Source: Candidatus Pelagibacterales bacterium
GTDB lineage: Bacteria; Pseudomonadota; Alphaproteobacteria; Pelagibacterales; AG-422-B15
DNA: 64,000 bases
Direction: 5' to 3'
Assembly: GCA_045567365.1 (NCBI GenBank)
Contig: JBJLDC010000002.1
Coordinates: 321-64,320, forward strand
In this document: piece after piece, positions 62,670-64,000 of the stretch
Position numbering within the stretch: the first letter of the stretch is position 1
Layout of the letters: the number at the start of each line of letters is the position of its first letter
Program-made: the position numbers and the translations under genes
The notes under the pieces: generated by a model
Databases searched by the model: none
What the model was told of the DNA's origin: nothing
The model's input: the letters and a program-made list of their open reading frames with translations, nothing else

Positions 62670-63476
62670 ATGCCAAATAAAATAAAATTTCATATTGATG
62701 AAAATAATGTAGCTGTTTTAACATTGAATGACCCTGAAAGACTAAATGCTCTTTCTTTGGAAATGTTAACTGAGATACATGAACAAATTAAACTTATCAA
62801 TACCGGTAAAACAAGTGCGAGGTGTCTTGTAATTACGGGAGAAGGACGAGGGTTTTGTGCTGGGGCTAATTTAATCGATACAAATGCCGCTCCATCAGAA
62901 AGTGGTAATCCAATGGATAGAGATTTAGGAAAAGGATTGTTAACCCATTATCATCCAATGCTTATAGATTTAAAAAATTTAGAAATACCTGTTATTACTG
63001 CAATTAATGGTGTTGCAGCTGGCGCAGGATGTTCACTAGGCATCATTGGTGATCTAATATTTGCCTCAGATAAATCATATTTCTATCAGGCTTTTAAATT
63101 TATTGGATTAGTTCCAGATGCTGGATCGACGTATATACTTCCTCGAAAAATTGGCATGGCAAGAGCTATAGAATTATCAATGTTGGGTGAAAAAATAACA
63201 GCTGAAAAGGCTCTTTCATGGGGATTAATAAATTTTGTTTATGATCAAGAAAATTTGATGAATGAAACGATTAAAACCGCTACTGAGATCGCAAATGGGC
63301 CAACTATTGCTTATAAATTAATGAGAAAACTGTACTGGGAAAGTTTAAGCAATGACTTTGAAACACAACTAAACGCTGAAAGTAAAGCTCAAACAATAGC
63401 AGGGAAGACTGAAGACTGCTTTAATGGTGTTATGTCTTTTCTACAAAAAAAGAAACCTAACTTCAAAGGAAAATAA
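62670..63476 (+). CDS. Enoyl-CoA hydratase/isomerase family protein
   Basis: 268 aa with a crotonase fold (GEGRGFCAGANL, INGVAAGAGCSL). Confidence 0.88.
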   Translation: MPNKIKFHIDENNVAVLTLNDPERLNALSLEMLTEIHEQIKLINTGKTSARCLVITGEGRGFCAGANLIDTNAAPSESGNPMDRDLGKGLLTHYHPMLIDLKNLEIPVITAINGVAAGAGCSLGIIGDLIFASDKSYFYQAFKFIGLVPDAGSTYILPRKIGMARAIELSMLGEKITAEKALSWGLINFVYDQENLMNETIKTATEIANGPTIAYKLMRKLYWESLSNDFETQLNAESKAQTIAGKTEDCFNGVMSFLQKKKPNFKGK

Positions 63477-63478
63477 GT

Positions 63479-64000
63479 TTAATTATAATTACTTAGAAAC
63501 TCTTCAGAAAAACGCTTAAACCTTTTTTCTTCAATTGATGCCCTAATCTCTTTCATCAGATTTTGATAAAAATAAATATTATGTAAGGATAAAAGCATGC
63601 CGCCTAACATTTCTTTTGCATTAAATAAGTGATGAAGATATGCGGCTGAGTATGTATTGCAAACAGGGTTGTCACTTTCAGGATCAATTGAGGAGTTTAA
63701 TTGTTTAAATTTTGAATTTCGAATATTTACTGTTCCATTTTTTGTAAAAGCCTGGCCATTTCTCCCACTTCTGGTAGGAAGAACGCAATCAAACATATCG
63801 ATTCCTCTAGCAACTGCACCGATAATATCATCAGGTTTGCCAACTCCCATTAAATACCTTGGCCTATTTTGTGGAAGAAGTAGACAAGTGTAGTCTAGAA
63901 CTTTAAACATTTCATCTTGAGGTTCACCTACAGCTAATCCCCCAACAGCATAACCATCAAAATCTAAATTAATTAGAGATCTTACTGATTCATCTCTTAA
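63479..64000 (-). CDS. tgt: tRNA-guanine transglycosylase (queuine tRNA-ribosyltransferase), C-terminal part (partial; continues past window end)
   Basis: PRYLMGVGKPDDIIGAVARGIDMFDCVLPTRSGRNGQAF. The reading frame stays open upstream of the track's Met to position 64000 (...DFDGYAVGGLAVGEPQDEMFKVL). Confidence 0.92.
   Translation of the reverse strand, partial: LRDESVRSLINLDFDGYAVGGLAVGEPQDEMFKVLDYTCLLLPQNRPRYLMGVGKPDDIIGAVARGIDMFDCVLPTRSGRNGQAFTKNGTVNIRNSKFKQLNSSIDPESDNPVCNTYSAAYLHHLFNAKEMLGGMLLSLHNIYFYQNLMKEIRASIEEKRFKRFSEEFLSNYN

Overview
Family assignments below come from motif recognition in the supplied translations, because no BLAST, HMM or covariance search could be run; start codons are provisional (the ORF track also uses GTG/TTG starts). 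The window is a very AT-rich (about 30% GC by eye, not computed), tightly packed chromosomal segment. Its gene order is typical of a streamlined free-living alphaproteobacterium, SAR11/Pelagibacterales-like. About 85% is conserved core, almost all on the minus strand.

Core blocks:
- bamA(5' part)-dxr-cdsA-uppS-frr-pyrH-tsf-rpsB.
- dnaE-lolD-lolC/E-proS-DUF1467-mce-RNase J-coaX-birA, running straight into the complete 14-gene nuoA-N operon (17.2-30.9 kb).
- tRNA-Leu/tig-clpP-clpX-lon-hupB/tRNA-Val/tRNA-Asp.
- A nitrogen block, glnB-glnII-glnA.
- A loose acyl-CoA catabolism group (acyl-CoA dehydrogenase, carboxyltransferase, aldehyde dehydrogenase, enoyl-CoA hydratase), plus parE and the 3' part of tgt.

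The only clearly accessory stretch is a ~9.8 kb islet (30.9-40.7 kb) between nuoA and tRNA-Asp. It holds:
- A mitochondrial-type sulfide oxidation pair (type II SQR plus ETHE1-like persulfide dioxygenase), divergent from a translationally coupled SAM-methyltransferase/rhodanese pair.
- An SMP-30-like protein and a GST.
- A run of small membrane or secreted proteins of unknown function.
- An NQO-type flavoprotein.
- An orphan, leaderless BtuF-like binding protein.

No CRISPR array, transposase, integrase, phage gene or recognisable defence system is visible, and nothing here is a clear undescribed multi-gene system. The best leads are:
- The sulfur module with its methyltransferase-rhodanese partner.
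- The 436-aa secreted protein and its neighbouring unknown envelope proteins.
- A PII protein whose T-loop lacks the modifiable Tyr51.
- A GC-rich structured rpsB leader.

Two otherwise intact genes (the persulfide dioxygenase and a type-B carboxylesterase) are each broken by one extra A in a coding-strand poly-A run. This may be assembly error rather than biology.
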